64,000 bases of DNA from NCBI GenBank assembly GCA_001772615.1, contig MEUZ01000004.1, positions 8,455 to 72,454 on the forward strand. The letters run 5' to 3'. The first letter of the stretch is position 1, and every line of letters starts with the position of its first letter. The stretch is from a candidate division WWE3 bacterium RIFCSPHIGHO2_01_FULL_40_23 (lineage in GTDB: Bacteria > Patescibacteriota > WWE3 > UBA101185 > 2-01-FULL-41-18). A program made the position numbers and the translations under genes. The notes beneath the pieces are model-generated. The model did no database searches. It saw only the letters and a program-made list of their open reading frames with translations, and was not told the origin of the DNA. Of this stretch, positions 46,549 to 55,804 are shown piece after piece.

Positions 46549-48570
46549 GTGACCCTAAACATTAATAGCCCAGTCTCAATAGTTCCCCTCATAGGACCAC
46601 GCTATGAAAGAATTCTTGCCAAACTTGATATTTTTACTGTCAAGGACCTTTTGTACCACTTCCCTTCAAGATACGAGGATTACTCAAAAATAGTAAAGAC
46701 AAAAAGTGCCCGTGTTGGAGAAGTTGTTACGGTAATCGGTGAGATAAAAGAAGCAAGAAATATACTAACCAAAAACAGAAAGAGAATAACCAAAGTTCTA
46801 CTTTCAGATGAGACGGGGGAAATACAAGCAATTTGGTTTAACCAGTACTTTCTTTCAGGAGTTTTTAAAAATATCCCAAAACTTTCCCTATCTGGAGAGG
46901 TTTCTTTTTTTGATCGTGACAAAGCTCTTATTTCACCGGAATATGAAATTGTAAGAGCGCAAAAGTTAATTCATACAGGAAGACTTGTTCCAATATATCC
47001 TGAAACAAGAGGGGTTAGTTCAAAATGGTTAAGAGGAAGAATTAATTATGTTTTAAATTCAGTTTCTCTAAACGACCAGTTTCCACAAAACTTATTAAAA
47101 TCTCAAAATCTTATACCTTTAGAAAACGCACTTAATCAGATCCACTTTCCGAAATCTCTTGAAGAAGTAAAACTTGCCAAAGAAAGGTTTGCATTTGAAG
47201 AAGTATTTGAACTTATCTTAAAAGCAGAAGTAAAAAAATTAAACCGGGAATCATTAAGATCCAAAAAAGCATTTAAACTTTTTGAAGAGGAGGTAGGCAA
47301 ACTTATTGAATCATTACCATTTAAACTCACTTTTTCGCAAGAAAACGCAGTTTCTGAAATTATTTCGGATTTAACTAAAGAAAAACCTATGAACAGGCTT
47401 TTACAAGGGGATGTTGGTTCAGGAAAGACTGTTGTAGCTCTTATTGCTTCTTTCTTATCCTATCTAAATGGGAGCAAGGTAATTTATATGGCCCCTACGG
47501 AAATCCTTGCTAAACAGCATTTTGAAACATTTAAAGAGTATTTAGACCCTTTTAAAATAAAAGTTTCACTTACAACATCAAGCAAAAAAGGGGATCTTTC
47601 CGCAGATATTAACATCGGAACCCATGCCTTACTCTTTAACAAAAAAGAAGCAGTAAACGCTGGTCTTATAATCATTGACGAACAGCATAGATTCGGTGTT
47701 CTCCAGAGAGGTCAGCTCACTAAATCAGAAGACGGTAGCGCACCTCATGTACTCACAATGACCGCAACCCCAATACCAAGAACTCTTGCTTTAACAATTT
47801 ACGGAGATCTGGATATAAGCACACTTTCAGAACTTCCAGAAGGCAGGATAAAAGTAACAACCTGGGTTGTCCCAAAGGAAAAGAGGGAGGGGGCTTATAC
47901 GTGGCTTAAAACCAAAATTTTAAACGCTTCATCTACCCAAAAAGCCTTTATTGTATGTCCGCTAATTGAGGAATCGGACAAAGAAAGCATGGAAAACGTT
48001 AAAGCCGCCGCAAGTGAGTTTAAAAATTTAAGCAATGGAATTCTAGAAGGCGTTAAAACCGGTCTCATTCATGGAAAAATGAAAGCCAAAGAAAAAGAAG
48101 GGGTAATAGAAAATTTCAGTAAAGGAGATTTAAAGGTTCTTATTGCAACACCGGTGATAGAGGTCGGCCTTGATATAACAGACGCAACCATCATTATTAT
48201 AGAAGCGGCTGAAAGGTTTGGACTTGCTTCTTTACACCAAATAAGAGGCAGAGTGGGAAGAAGCGATAAAAAGTCTTATTGCCTTTTATTTACAGAGTCT
48301 CAAAATGATTCAGTCCTTAAAAGACTTAAAGCGCTTGAAACAACTCATAACGGACTAAAACTTTCGGAAATAGACTTAAAAGCAAGGGGTCAGGGTGATG
48401 TCTTTGGGGTAAGACAACACGGAATTGTAAACTTTAAGGTTTTTAACCCATCCGACTTTAACCTGATAAAAAGAACCAAATCTGCGGTCCTAAATATACT
48501 TAACAACCCTAAGGAAAACTCAAATCTCATAGATCAGATCTTAAAGCAGGGCAGAATTTCACAAACGTAA
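46549..48570 (+). CDS. recG: ATP-dependent DNA helicase RecG
   Basis: LLYHFPSRYED, RLLQGDVGSGKT, DEQHRFG, MTATPIPRTL, HQIRGRVGR. Confidence 0.97.
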   Translation: MTLNINSPVSIVPLIGPRYERILAKLDIFTVKDLLYHFPSRYEDYSKIVKTKSARVGEVVTVIGEIKEARNILTKNRKRITKVLLSDETGEIQAIWFNQYFLSGVFKNIPKLSLSGEVSFFDRDKALISPEYEIVRAQKLIHTGRLVPIYPETRGVSSKWLRGRINYVLNSVSLNDQFPQNLLKSQNLIPLENALNQIHFPKSLEEVKLAKERFAFEEVFELILKAEVKKLNRESLRSKKAFKLFEEEVGKLIESLPFKLTFSQENAVSEIISDLTKEKPMNRLLQGDVGSGKTVVALIASFLSYLNGSKVIYMAPTEILAKQHFETFKEYLDPFKIKVSLTTSSKKGDLSADINIGTHALLFNKKEAVNAGLIIIDEQHRFGVLQRGQLTKSEDGSAPHVLTMTATPIPRTLALTIYGDLDISTLSELPEGRIKVTTWVVPKEKREGAYTWLKTKILNASSTQKAFIVCPLIEESDKESMENVKAAASEFKNLSNGILEGVKTGLIHGKMKAKEKEGVIENFSKGDLKVLIATPVIEVGLDITDATIIIIEAAERFGLASLHQIRGRVGRSDKKSYCLLFTESQNDSVLKRLKALETTHNGLKLSEIDLKARGQGDVFGVRQHGIVNFKVFNPSDFNLIKRTKSAVLNILNNPKENSNLIDQILKQGRISQT

Positions 48571-48621
48571 AGTCAGTTCACGTCGGCTTTACAAGGGACT
48601 TTTAAGATACCATAATGAACC

Positions 48622-49176
48622 TTGATGAGAATCTCATCTGGAAGCGCGAAAAACAAAAAACTAATCGCACCAAAAATACCAGGAATCAGAATCTCCCAAG
48701 AAATAGTGAGACAAGCGGCATTCTCAATAGTAGGCAGTAAAATTAAAGATGCCATATGCCTTGACCTTTACGCAGGTTCAGGAAGCATTGGTATAGAAGC
48801 ATTAAGCAGAGGCGCGGAATGGTGCGATTTTGTTGACATAAATCCGGAAGCTTCTAAAACCATAAACGAAAATTTAAAGCATACTGATCTTTTTCTAAAA
48901 AGCCAGGTTTTTACACAGGACAGCTTAAAATATGTCTTAAACTGTCACAAAAAATATGATCTTATCTTTCTTGACCCCTATTATGACCAGATAGCTCACA
49001 AGCACATTTTTAAATCCCTCCCTGAAATTATGAACAAAGAAGGGCTTATTGTGTTTCTTCACGGAAAGGAGCTTAAGATAGATAAATATTTGGAAGACAC
49101 AGTCTTAAAATTAGGCGAGGAGAGAAGATACGGCGCAACCAACGTGTCTTTTATCTCTGTTGACACAAGCAGGTAA
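48622..49176 (+). CDS. rsmD: 16S rRNA m2G966 methyltransferase RsmD family
   Basis: MRIISG-like start MRISSG, LDLYAGSGSIGIEALSRGA, DLIFLDPYY, RRYG. Confidence 0.9.
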   Translation: MMRISSGSAKNKKLIAPKIPGIRISQEIVRQAAFSIVGSKIKDAICLDLYAGSGSIGIEALSRGAEWCDFVDINPEASKTINENLKHTDLFLKSQVFTQDSLKYVLNCHKKYDLIFLDPYYDQIAHKHIFKSLPEIMNKEGLIVFLHGKELKIDKYLEDTVLKLGEERRYGATNVSFISVDTSR

Positions 49177-49188
49177 AAATTTTAATAT
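49160..49188 (+). promoter_or_regulatory. Sigma70 promoter for rpmF
   Basis: TTGACA-17 nt-TAATAT, ATG 8 nt downstream. Confidence 0.7.
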
Positions 49189-49196
49189 CCACTGTT

Positions 49197-49352
49197 ATGG
49201 CACCACTACCTAAAAGAAAACTAAGCAAAGGACGAAGAGGAAGAAGGAGAAACAGCTACGCAAGCACAAAGATAGTAAAGGCTGTCACGTGCAAACACTG
49301 CAAGGAGCAGAAGCTTCCGCACAGAGTTTGCGAAAACTGCGGCAAAATGTAA
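49197..49352 (+). CDS. rpmF: 50S ribosomal protein L32 (not in ORF track)
   Basis: MAPLPKRKLSKGRRGRRR...CKHC...PHRVCENCG; zinc-ribbon form. Confidence 0.95.
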   Translation: MAPLPKRKLSKGRRGRRRNSYASTKIVKAVTCKHCKEQKLPHRVCENCGKM

Positions 49353-49367
49353 AAAAGGAGCTTAATT

Positions 49368-49793
49368 ATGCCTCACACTTTTGACGCCAGGCACGAGGCT
49401 AGACGCGTTGCCCTCTCAACCATATTTTCATGGTCATTCATGTCGTCAAAAAATGAAGATCCTAAGTCTCTCGCATTAGAAGGACTTGAAGTCAGTGATT
49501 TTGATACAGAGCTCGCAAATTCAATAATTGAAGGTGTTGAAAATAATATTGATCAAATAGACAAAGTGATTATGCAGTCCGCACCTGAATGGCCGATTGA
49601 TAAAATTCCTAAAATTGACCTCGTTGCATTAAGAATTGCAGTATATGAGCTTACTATATCCAAAAGCGTGCCTCCTAAAGTTGCCATTGACGAAGCAATT
49701 GAACTTGGAAAAGAATTTGGAAGCGATTCATCACAAAAATTTGTTAATGGGGTTTTGGGCTCGGTTGTAAAACTTTATGGACTTGCGGCATAA
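49368..49793 (+). CDS. nusB: Transcription antitermination factor NusB
   Basis: [40 protein letters not shown]. Confidence 0.96.
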   Translation: MPHTFDARHEARRVALSTIFSWSFMSSKNEDPKSLALEGLEVSDFDTELANSIIEGVENNIDQIDKVIMQSAPEWPIDKIPKIDLVALRIAVYELTISKSVPPKVAIDEAIELGKEFGSDSSQKFVNGVLGSVVKLYGLAA

Positions 49794-49845
49794 TGTGGGG
49801 ATAGCACTTGTAGTCATTTATGTTTATAAATATATATAATTAAAA

Positions 49846-50085
49846 ATGGTTATGAAACAGACTTTTGAAAAAATTAAGGAGATAATTTCCGAAAAAACTG
49901 GGGTAGAAAAATCTGAAATAAAACCCGAGGCCTTTTTTATGGAAGATTTAAATATTGACGAGATGGAGCTTGCCGAAATAATAACCGAGGTTGAGGAAAT
50001 TCTTAATTTAGAACAGGATATTGACATAAAAAACATAAAATCGGTTGGCGATCTTCTTCACTCTATAAACGAGCTGACGGAGTAG
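49846..50085 (+). CDS. Acyl carrier protein homolog lacking the DSL serine
   Basis: Acidic 79-aa ACP pattern, FMEDLNIDEMELAE versus canonical FVEDLGADSLDTVE; synteny before rnc. Confidence 0.85.
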   Translation: MVMKQTFEKIKEIISEKTGVEKSEIKPEAFFMEDLNIDEMELAEIITEVEEILNLEQDIDIKNIKSVGDLLHSINELTE

Positions 50086-50117
50086 TTTTACCTGACTTTA
50101 ATTAACTTATATTAAAT

Positions 50118-50807
50118 ATGGCTGAAAACGTGAAAAATGTTGAAAAAATTCTTGAAATAAACTTTAAAAATGAGGAACTTTTAAAGACCGCGCTTACTCA
50201 CAGATCTTATTTAAACGAGCATCCGGAATACAAAAACCCTTCAAATGAAAGGCTTGAATTTTTGGGAGATGCCGTTTTACAGTTTCTTTCGTCTAAATAC
50301 CTTTATGACATCTTCCCGAAAGCACCCGAAGGAAATTTAACGAACGTAAGAGCCGCTTTAGTCAATACAAGATCGCTTGCCGAGGAATCAAGGAGGCTTG
50401 GGTATGGAGAATACCTTTTACTATCAAACGGGGAGGAAGCATCGGGCGGAAGAGACAGAGAATACATTTTAGCAAACACTTTTGAAGCAGTTCTGGGTGC
50501 CATATATATTGAGCATGGAATAGAAAAGTGTGATGAATTTCTTAACAAAAGCTTGTTTTATAAAGTCAAATCAATAGTTGAAAACAACGCATACAAGGAC
50601 TATAAGTCCACACTTCAGGAGCTTTCACAGGCAAAGCTTTCAGAAACACCCACCTATAAGGTCCTGGAAGAAATAGGACCTGACCACAACAAAACTTTTA
50701 AAATAGGCATTTTTATTAATGATAAGAAATACGGCAGTGGAGAAGGCTCAAGCAAGCAAAAAGCCGAGCAGGCTGCTGCGAAAAACGCCCTGGACAACTG
50801 GAAATAA
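50118..50807 (+). CDS. rnc: Ribonuclease III
   Basis: ALTHRS, NERLEFLGDAVL, dsRBD (DYKSTLQE...GPDH...KQKAEQAAA). Confidence 0.97.
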   Translation: MAENVKNVEKILEINFKNEELLKTALTHRSYLNEHPEYKNPSNERLEFLGDAVLQFLSSKYLYDIFPKAPEGNLTNVRAALVNTRSLAEESRRLGYGEYLLLSNGEEASGGRDREYILANTFEAVLGAIYIEHGIEKCDEFLNKSLFYKVKSIVENNAYKDYKSTLQELSQAKLSETPTYKVLEEIGPDHNKTFKIGIFINDKKYGSGEGSSKQKAEQAAAKNALDNWK

Positions 50808-50831
50808 CTTTGCTAACCTTTCAACCTATAT

Positions 50832-51119
50832 ATGTCTTTATCAATTAGATTATCAAAAATAGGCAAGAAAAACTCGCCTTCTTTTAGAATCGTGGTTTGT
50901 GAAACCAGATCAAAAAGAGATGGCGTTCAAAAAGATATTTTAGGGCATTTTAATCCATCAGGAACGCCTGTCCTTTTTGAATACGACAAAAAAGGAGTAG
51001 AGGATTGGGTAAAGAAAGGAGCGATAGTCAGCAGCGCGGTAAAAAAGCTAATGGAAGGAAAATATCAATTTACAAAGTATCAACCTAAAAAAACTGCTGA
51101 AACAGAAGCGAAGGTTTAA
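50832..51119 (+). CDS. rpsP: 30S ribosomal protein S16
   Basis: IRLSKIGKKNSPSFRIVV...RDG...LGHFNP. Confidence 0.95.
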   Translation: MSLSIRLSKIGKKNSPSFRIVVCETRSKRDGVQKDILGHFNPSGTPVLFEYDKKGVEDWVKKGAIVSSAVKKLMEGKYQFTKYQPKKTAETEAKV

Positions 51120-51121
51120 AT

Positions 51122-51370
51122 ATGAAAGAATTTCTTGAATTTCTCGTCAAGGGAATTGTTAAAAAAGAAGGTGATATAGTTATAGAAGAAGAAAGGAACC
51201 CAGATAATATTATAAATTTAAAACTCAAGGTGGATAAGGAGGATATGGGGATTGTCATTGGGAAAGAAGGCAAAACAATCAAAAGCCTAAGAAATCTCCT
51301 AAAAGCCAAAGCCATAAGAGAAAATGTGAGAGTCAATCTAGAACTCATCGATTTGAGAACTGAAGATTAA
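51122..51370 (+). CDS. khpA: KH-domain RNA-binding protein KhpA
   Basis: DMGIVIGKEGKTIKSLR; follows rpsP. Confidence 0.9.
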   Translation: MKEFLEFLVKGIVKKEGDIVIEEERNPDNIINLKLKVDKEDMGIVIGKEGKTIKSLRNLLKAKAIRENVRVNLELIDLRTED

Positions 51371-51492
51371 TACTGCTGATAAAAAACTTTAATCCTTGCC
51401 TATCCTACATAAATTTATAACAATCTTAAAACCCTCTCCATAGAGAACATAGTATCTATGCAACTTAATTGCTGTGGGATAGAATATATGGA

Positions 51493-52161
51493 GTGAAAAA
51501 AGTTGCTTTAATTTTAAGTATACTTCTATTGGCTAGTATTTTGATGCTTATCTTTTTCAAGGTTCCTCTATTTGGAACCAGGCGTTCAACTAAACTTGAA
51601 ACTTTCAAAGATCTTTTTGACTATCTTCCAGAAAAAAGCGAGGTAAAGACTGACTTCAACTGCAAAATGAGATCTGGCGTAGCACGGCTTTCAAACGCTG
51701 ATGACAGCTCATACACACTTGAAAAACATAAAGACAGCTTCGCACCCAGCAAAGGATTATGTAATCCAGATGTTTATGAATCCTCTCCCAGTTCTTCGAT
51801 TTCAGATCTAACAAAGGTGTCAAACTTTGTTTATTTTCAAGTTTTAAGCTGTAATGAGGAATACAGCGGGTATTGCAATAAAATGGTTAAAGGGAAAATT
51901 AAGATATTGGGACAAAACTATATCAGGGTAGAGCTTGAAAATGGGGAACAGGCTGATTTATTATTGTCTAAAGTGACTAAAGAGACACCAACTTCTAAAG
52001 AAAACGCAGTCAAAAAGCTAGGCCTAGGACTTAAGGAGGGTTCCAACATAGTTTTTATATACCATAATAGCTACAATCCGAAAAAATATGAAAGTGAAGG
52101 AAAAGAGATTATACTCTTTGATGATCCGTCTTATCTAATTTACTTAGGTTTAGTAAAATAG
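51493..52161 (+). CDS. Membrane-anchored hypothetical protein
   Basis: GTG 51493 (MKKVALIL) lies 7 nt after TAGAAT; TM helix; four Cys. Confidence 0.65.
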   Translation: MKKVALILSILLLASILMLIFFKVPLFGTRRSTKLETFKDLFDYLPEKSEVKTDFNCKMRSGVARLSNADDSSYTLEKHKDSFAPSKGLCNPDVYESSPSSSISDLTKVSNFVYFQVLSCNEEYSGYCNKMVKGKIKILGQNYIRVELENGEQADLLLSKVTKETPTSKENAVKKLGLGLKEGSNIVFIYHNSYNPKKYESEGKEIILFDDPSYLIYLGLVK

Positions 52162-52164
52162 CTT

Positions 52165-54858
52165 ATGTGGAGACTTAACAAACTTCTACTTTTCATAACA
52201 GCAATGTTAGTTTCTTTGTCAGTATTCTTTTTTTCTACATCCTCGGTAAAGGCTGACTGCCCAGAAGCATGCGTCCGCGAGGACAGCGGATGCGGTGGTC
52301 AAAGCTGGACAAGGTGTTCTACCAATAACCCATTTGACCCTGATGAAACAGCTATTTTTTGTTGCTTTGGTGGATGCAATGGCGATTGCGGCTTTGATGG
52401 GGGATGCTGCGGAGGTGGGGGCGGTTGTACAAGCTCGGGGCCGGGTGCGCCAACTAACCTTGATGTAAATCCGAAATTTGCAGCAGGCGGCTATAATCAA
52501 GTAGCCAGTGCGACTGCAACTCTTTCTTGGACGAGCGGGGGGTGGGGGAACAACTGTGACGGAAACGTTAAAAGCTACAGCGTGTACTACACAAGAGTAG
52601 CGCTTTCTTCATCCTGTCCGGCAATTGATCCTGTAAATGATGCAGGATACACACTTCTTGGTACCAACAACGACCCTGATCCAAACAGCGACTCAAATGA
52701 CCCCGGCACAGCCATGAATATTGGGAGCAGTTTAACCCAGGACACCTGCTGGTATGTAAAGGCATCAAATTACGGGAGCGCAAGGGGAGGCCCTGCGAGA
52801 TTTCATGCCCCAAGGACAGCAAATTGTTTCAATCTCACGGGAACAACTCAAGTATATGTAGGTACCCCATATGTTTACACCGCAGGTTACTCAAATTCCA
52901 ACGGGCCGCTGACAAGAGGAGGTATGGAGCTCTACAATAACGCTTCTGTATGCAGTTCACTTTGGTCTCCCGTGACCGTCGAACCTATTCCTCCCGGAAA
53001 CTATAGCTTTACATGGACACCGACCTCGCAAGGAAACTACACACTTTACTGCAGAGCTTGGAATGACGGCGTTGCCGAATGCAGAGGCGCGTGTTATTCA
53101 AATACAACAAACCCGTATAGATGTGACGGCTCAAGAGGCGGGGGAGGGGGCACTTACGTCACGATCTGTACACTTCCACAACCCCCTACAAACCTACAAC
53201 CTGTTAATGGGGCCTCCTTGACTTGTGAAACAAGTGTAACTTTATCCTGGTCACCGTCACCCGGTGCAACTAATTACGTTGTACAAATGACCGACACAAC
53301 AACGGGCGCCACTGTTCTTGACATTAATACAACCGGCTTATCACAATCAGTAAGTTCGTTAACTCCCAGCCACAACTACACTTGGAGAGTCAGACCGGTT
53401 AATGCATGCGGAATCGGGTGGGCAAGTGAAAGGTCTTCAAGCTTTACGATAAACGGCTGCACGGTATCTATCCAGGGAAATATTCATGAAAAATATGCTA
53501 CTGAAGCCTGTTCGTCGGCCCCTACCACAAGAGGGGTTGCCGACCAATCCGATGACTATGTACAAAAAACCGACCAGCCAACTTTCCAGGGTTCCATATC
53601 TTCACCCTCCGGAAGCTACACCATTACAAATGTACCTTACACAATTAGTCAAACTGGAGTTGTCTGTCCTGTTAACATAGAGCCCTCTTCACCCGGATTT
53701 TCCAGATACAGATTGGTATGTATAAACAGCCAGAACGCGGCTTCAGCAACGGGATGGACTCAAACAGGAAACTGCGCACAGTCAGGCTCTGTTTTTACAC
53801 AGGCCGCTAACGGCACGTCACTATCGCTCGATTTAGGCTATGAGTCTGTTTCCTCCGGGTGGTTCCAAACCCTTCTCGGAGATATATTCTCAAACTGCGA
53901 CTATGACACGTCTTGCTCCTACGGACTTATTAACGGAGTTCCAAGTAGTGCGGGTACTTATGACGCTCTTCCCTACACTGCAGACAATAACGATACAGGC
54001 CTTACTCCATTATCAGGCAGTACCAGGGGCGGAATTTATGGGATTCTCATTTCCAGAGCGCCCGTAGTTGCTAAAACTTCAGACGGGGACAATAGGACAG
54101 GGTATGGCATGGCTACAACCACCGCTCCAACAACACAACCTCCTTATTTTATAGAAAAGTATCAGGATTGGAGTCAATTCACTTGGCCTGCAACAGTTGA
54201 CTTTATACCTCCTGAAGGCGCTACAACAATCACAAGCTCAACAACACCAAACTGCACAAGTTTCGGAACTTCGGCCGTAGGCGGAGACGTTTACAGAATG
54301 GATATTGCATGTGCACAAAGCTTTGTTAATAGTCTTTCGGGAACTACTTATAATTGGCCGACAGATGGCACTGTAGTCTTATACGTTACCGGTGCATCAA
54401 GCACGCCGCTTAATATACAGAACATGGTAAGAACAATAGGCTTTAATGACAGGCTCATACTAATTGTTAATGGTACAGTTTCTATAAGCAGCTCCATTAA
54501 TACATGGAACGGCGCTCCTCCACCTTCCGCATTTCCAACATTTAACTCGGATCCTATGATTGACGCTACCATAATTGCTCAAGGAAGCTCATCAGGCGGA
54601 ATTGGTTTTACTTGCATCGGCGGTATTGGGGGCTGTAATGGAACTGACGGTTCAATCCTTGTGAACGGGTCTCTACTTGCAAGAGACGGCGGTATAATTT
54701 TCAGAAGGGACAGGGGGCAAATAAATAATCAATACCCTGCTGAAATCGTAAGGTATAAACTAAGAGAAATAATTGATCTAACAACCACCGAGATAACATC
54801 AAGTGTTCCTAACAAAACCGGACTTTTTGAGTATAGCGTTAGCTTTGAGGTCAGATAA
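52165..54858 (+). CDS. Secreted Cys-rich FN3/Ig multidomain protein, putative pilus-tip adhesin
   Basis: Signal peptide; Cys/Gly-rich N-terminus; FN3 motifs (LSWSPSPGATNYVV, YTWRVR); C-domain from WFQTLLGDIF to SFEVR. Confidence 0.75.
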   Translation: MWRLNKLLLFITAMLVSLSVFFFSTSSVKADCPEACVREDSGCGGQSWTRCSTNNPFDPDETAIFCCFGGCNGDCGFDGGCCGGGGGCTSSGPGAPTNLDVNPKFAAGGYNQVASATATLSWTSGGWGNNCDGNVKSYSVYYTRVALSSSCPAIDPVNDAGYTLLGTNNDPDPNSDSNDPGTAMNIGSSLTQDTCWYVKASNYGSARGGPARFHAPRTANCFNLTGTTQVYVGTPYVYTAGYSNSNGPLTRGGMELYNNASVCSSLWSPVTVEPIPPGNYSFTWTPTSQGNYTLYCRAWNDGVAECRGACYSNTTNPYRCDGSRGGGGGTYVTICTLPQPPTNLQPVNGASLTCETSVTLSWSPSPGATNYVVQMTDTTTGATVLDINTTGLSQSVSSLTPSHNYTWRVRPVNACGIGWASERSSSFTINGCTVSIQGNIHEKYATEACSSAPTTRGVADQSDDYVQKTDQPTFQGSISSPSGSYTITNVPYTISQTGVVCPVNIEPSSPGFSRYRLVCINSQNAASATGWTQTGNCAQSGSVFTQAANGTSLSLDLGYESVSSGWFQTLLGDIFSNCDYDTSCSYGLINGVPSSAGTYDALPYTADNNDTGLTPLSGSTRGGIYGILISRAPVVAKTSDGDNRTGYGMATTTAPTTQPPYFIEKYQDWSQFTWPATVDFIPPEGATTITSSTTPNCTSFGTSAVGGDVYRMDIACAQSFVNSLSGTTYNWPTDGTVVLYVTGASSTPLNIQNMVRTIGFNDRLILIVNGTVSISSSINTWNGAPPPSAFPTFNSDPMIDATIIAQGSSSGGIGFTCIGGIGGCNGTDGSILVNGSLLARDGGIIFRRDRGQINNQYPAEIVRYKLREIIDLTTTEITSSVPNKTGLFEYSVSFEVR

Positions 54859-54863
54859 AGATT

Positions 54864-55784
54864 ATGAAAAGATTAAAAGAATTTAAAGAATCGGGGCAGA
54901 CACTGATATTTGTTCTTCTAGTGATGACAATCGCTCTTGCTGTTGGCATATCAATATCAACAAGAACAATTTCGGGCGTCAGGCGAACTACAAACATAGA
55001 TTCATCTGTCAGAGCCCAAGCAGCCGCTGAAGCCGCTATTGAATATTATCTCTCACGACCCGTTTCAGAGCTAAACGGCATCATAGGCAATAGTGACGTG
55101 TATGACTGCAGTGCAACCGGTGCAAGAACTTATCCGCCAGGGGGTGGATCCCTTACTTCTTCTCAAGATCAAATTAGAGCAACAGCAGATGTAGTTATTA
55201 GTAGGTATGGATGCCTTGGTTATAATACACTTTCAGATCCATATGAACTTCCAAGAGATGGCATGCTTGAAATAAAGCTAGACCCAAGAATGCTAGGGGA
55301 CAGTACAAGCTCAACTTTGGGTAGCTCCCAGAGCATAAGAATCTGCTGGGATCTTCCTCCAACAGGCTACAACCCGGCAATTTATTACCACTACATATTC
55401 GGACCACCCCCACATTATTTGATTCAAAAGATGGGGTGGAGATATAACTCAACAGATGAGGGTGAAAACTTCAAGGTAGCTACAAATTACGGCGCACCGG
55501 ACGGTTACTGCGCCACACAGGAGCTAACAACCTCGACAAGCGGCTGGCTTCCAAGAGTCTTAAGGATTACAAGCCTTTATAACTCTTCCACTGTCCGAGT
55601 TAAGATGATAAACAGTGGTGGAAGACTCCCATATCAAGGTTTTATCATTTCAGCAACGGGGATAGTCGGCGAATCGCAACAAGGAGCAAGAAGAGTAATA
55701 GAAGCGAGAAGAAGCCTTCCCCAACTCCCAGTGTTATTCAACTTCGGCTTATATTCAGGCTCTCAAACGGCACCTGTTCAGTAA
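54864..55784 (+). CDS. PilX-like minor pilin (paralog 1)
   Basis: Class III signal ESG|QTLIFVLLV with no Glu5; RAQAAAEAAIE. Confidence 0.8.
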   Translation: MKRLKEFKESGQTLIFVLLVMTIALAVGISISTRTISGVRRTTNIDSSVRAQAAAEAAIEYYLSRPVSELNGIIGNSDVYDCSATGARTYPPGGGSLTSSQDQIRATADVVISRYGCLGYNTLSDPYELPRDGMLEIKLDPRMLGDSTSSTLGSSQSIRICWDLPPTGYNPAIYYHYIFGPPPHYLIQKMGWRYNSTDEGENFKVATNYGAPDGYCATQELTTSTSGWLPRVLRITSLYNSSTVRVKMINSGGRLPYQGFIISATGIVGESQQGARRVIEARRSLPQLPVLFNFGLYSGSQTAPVQ

Positions 55785-55804
55785 ATTCTGATATAATTTC
55801 TCTA

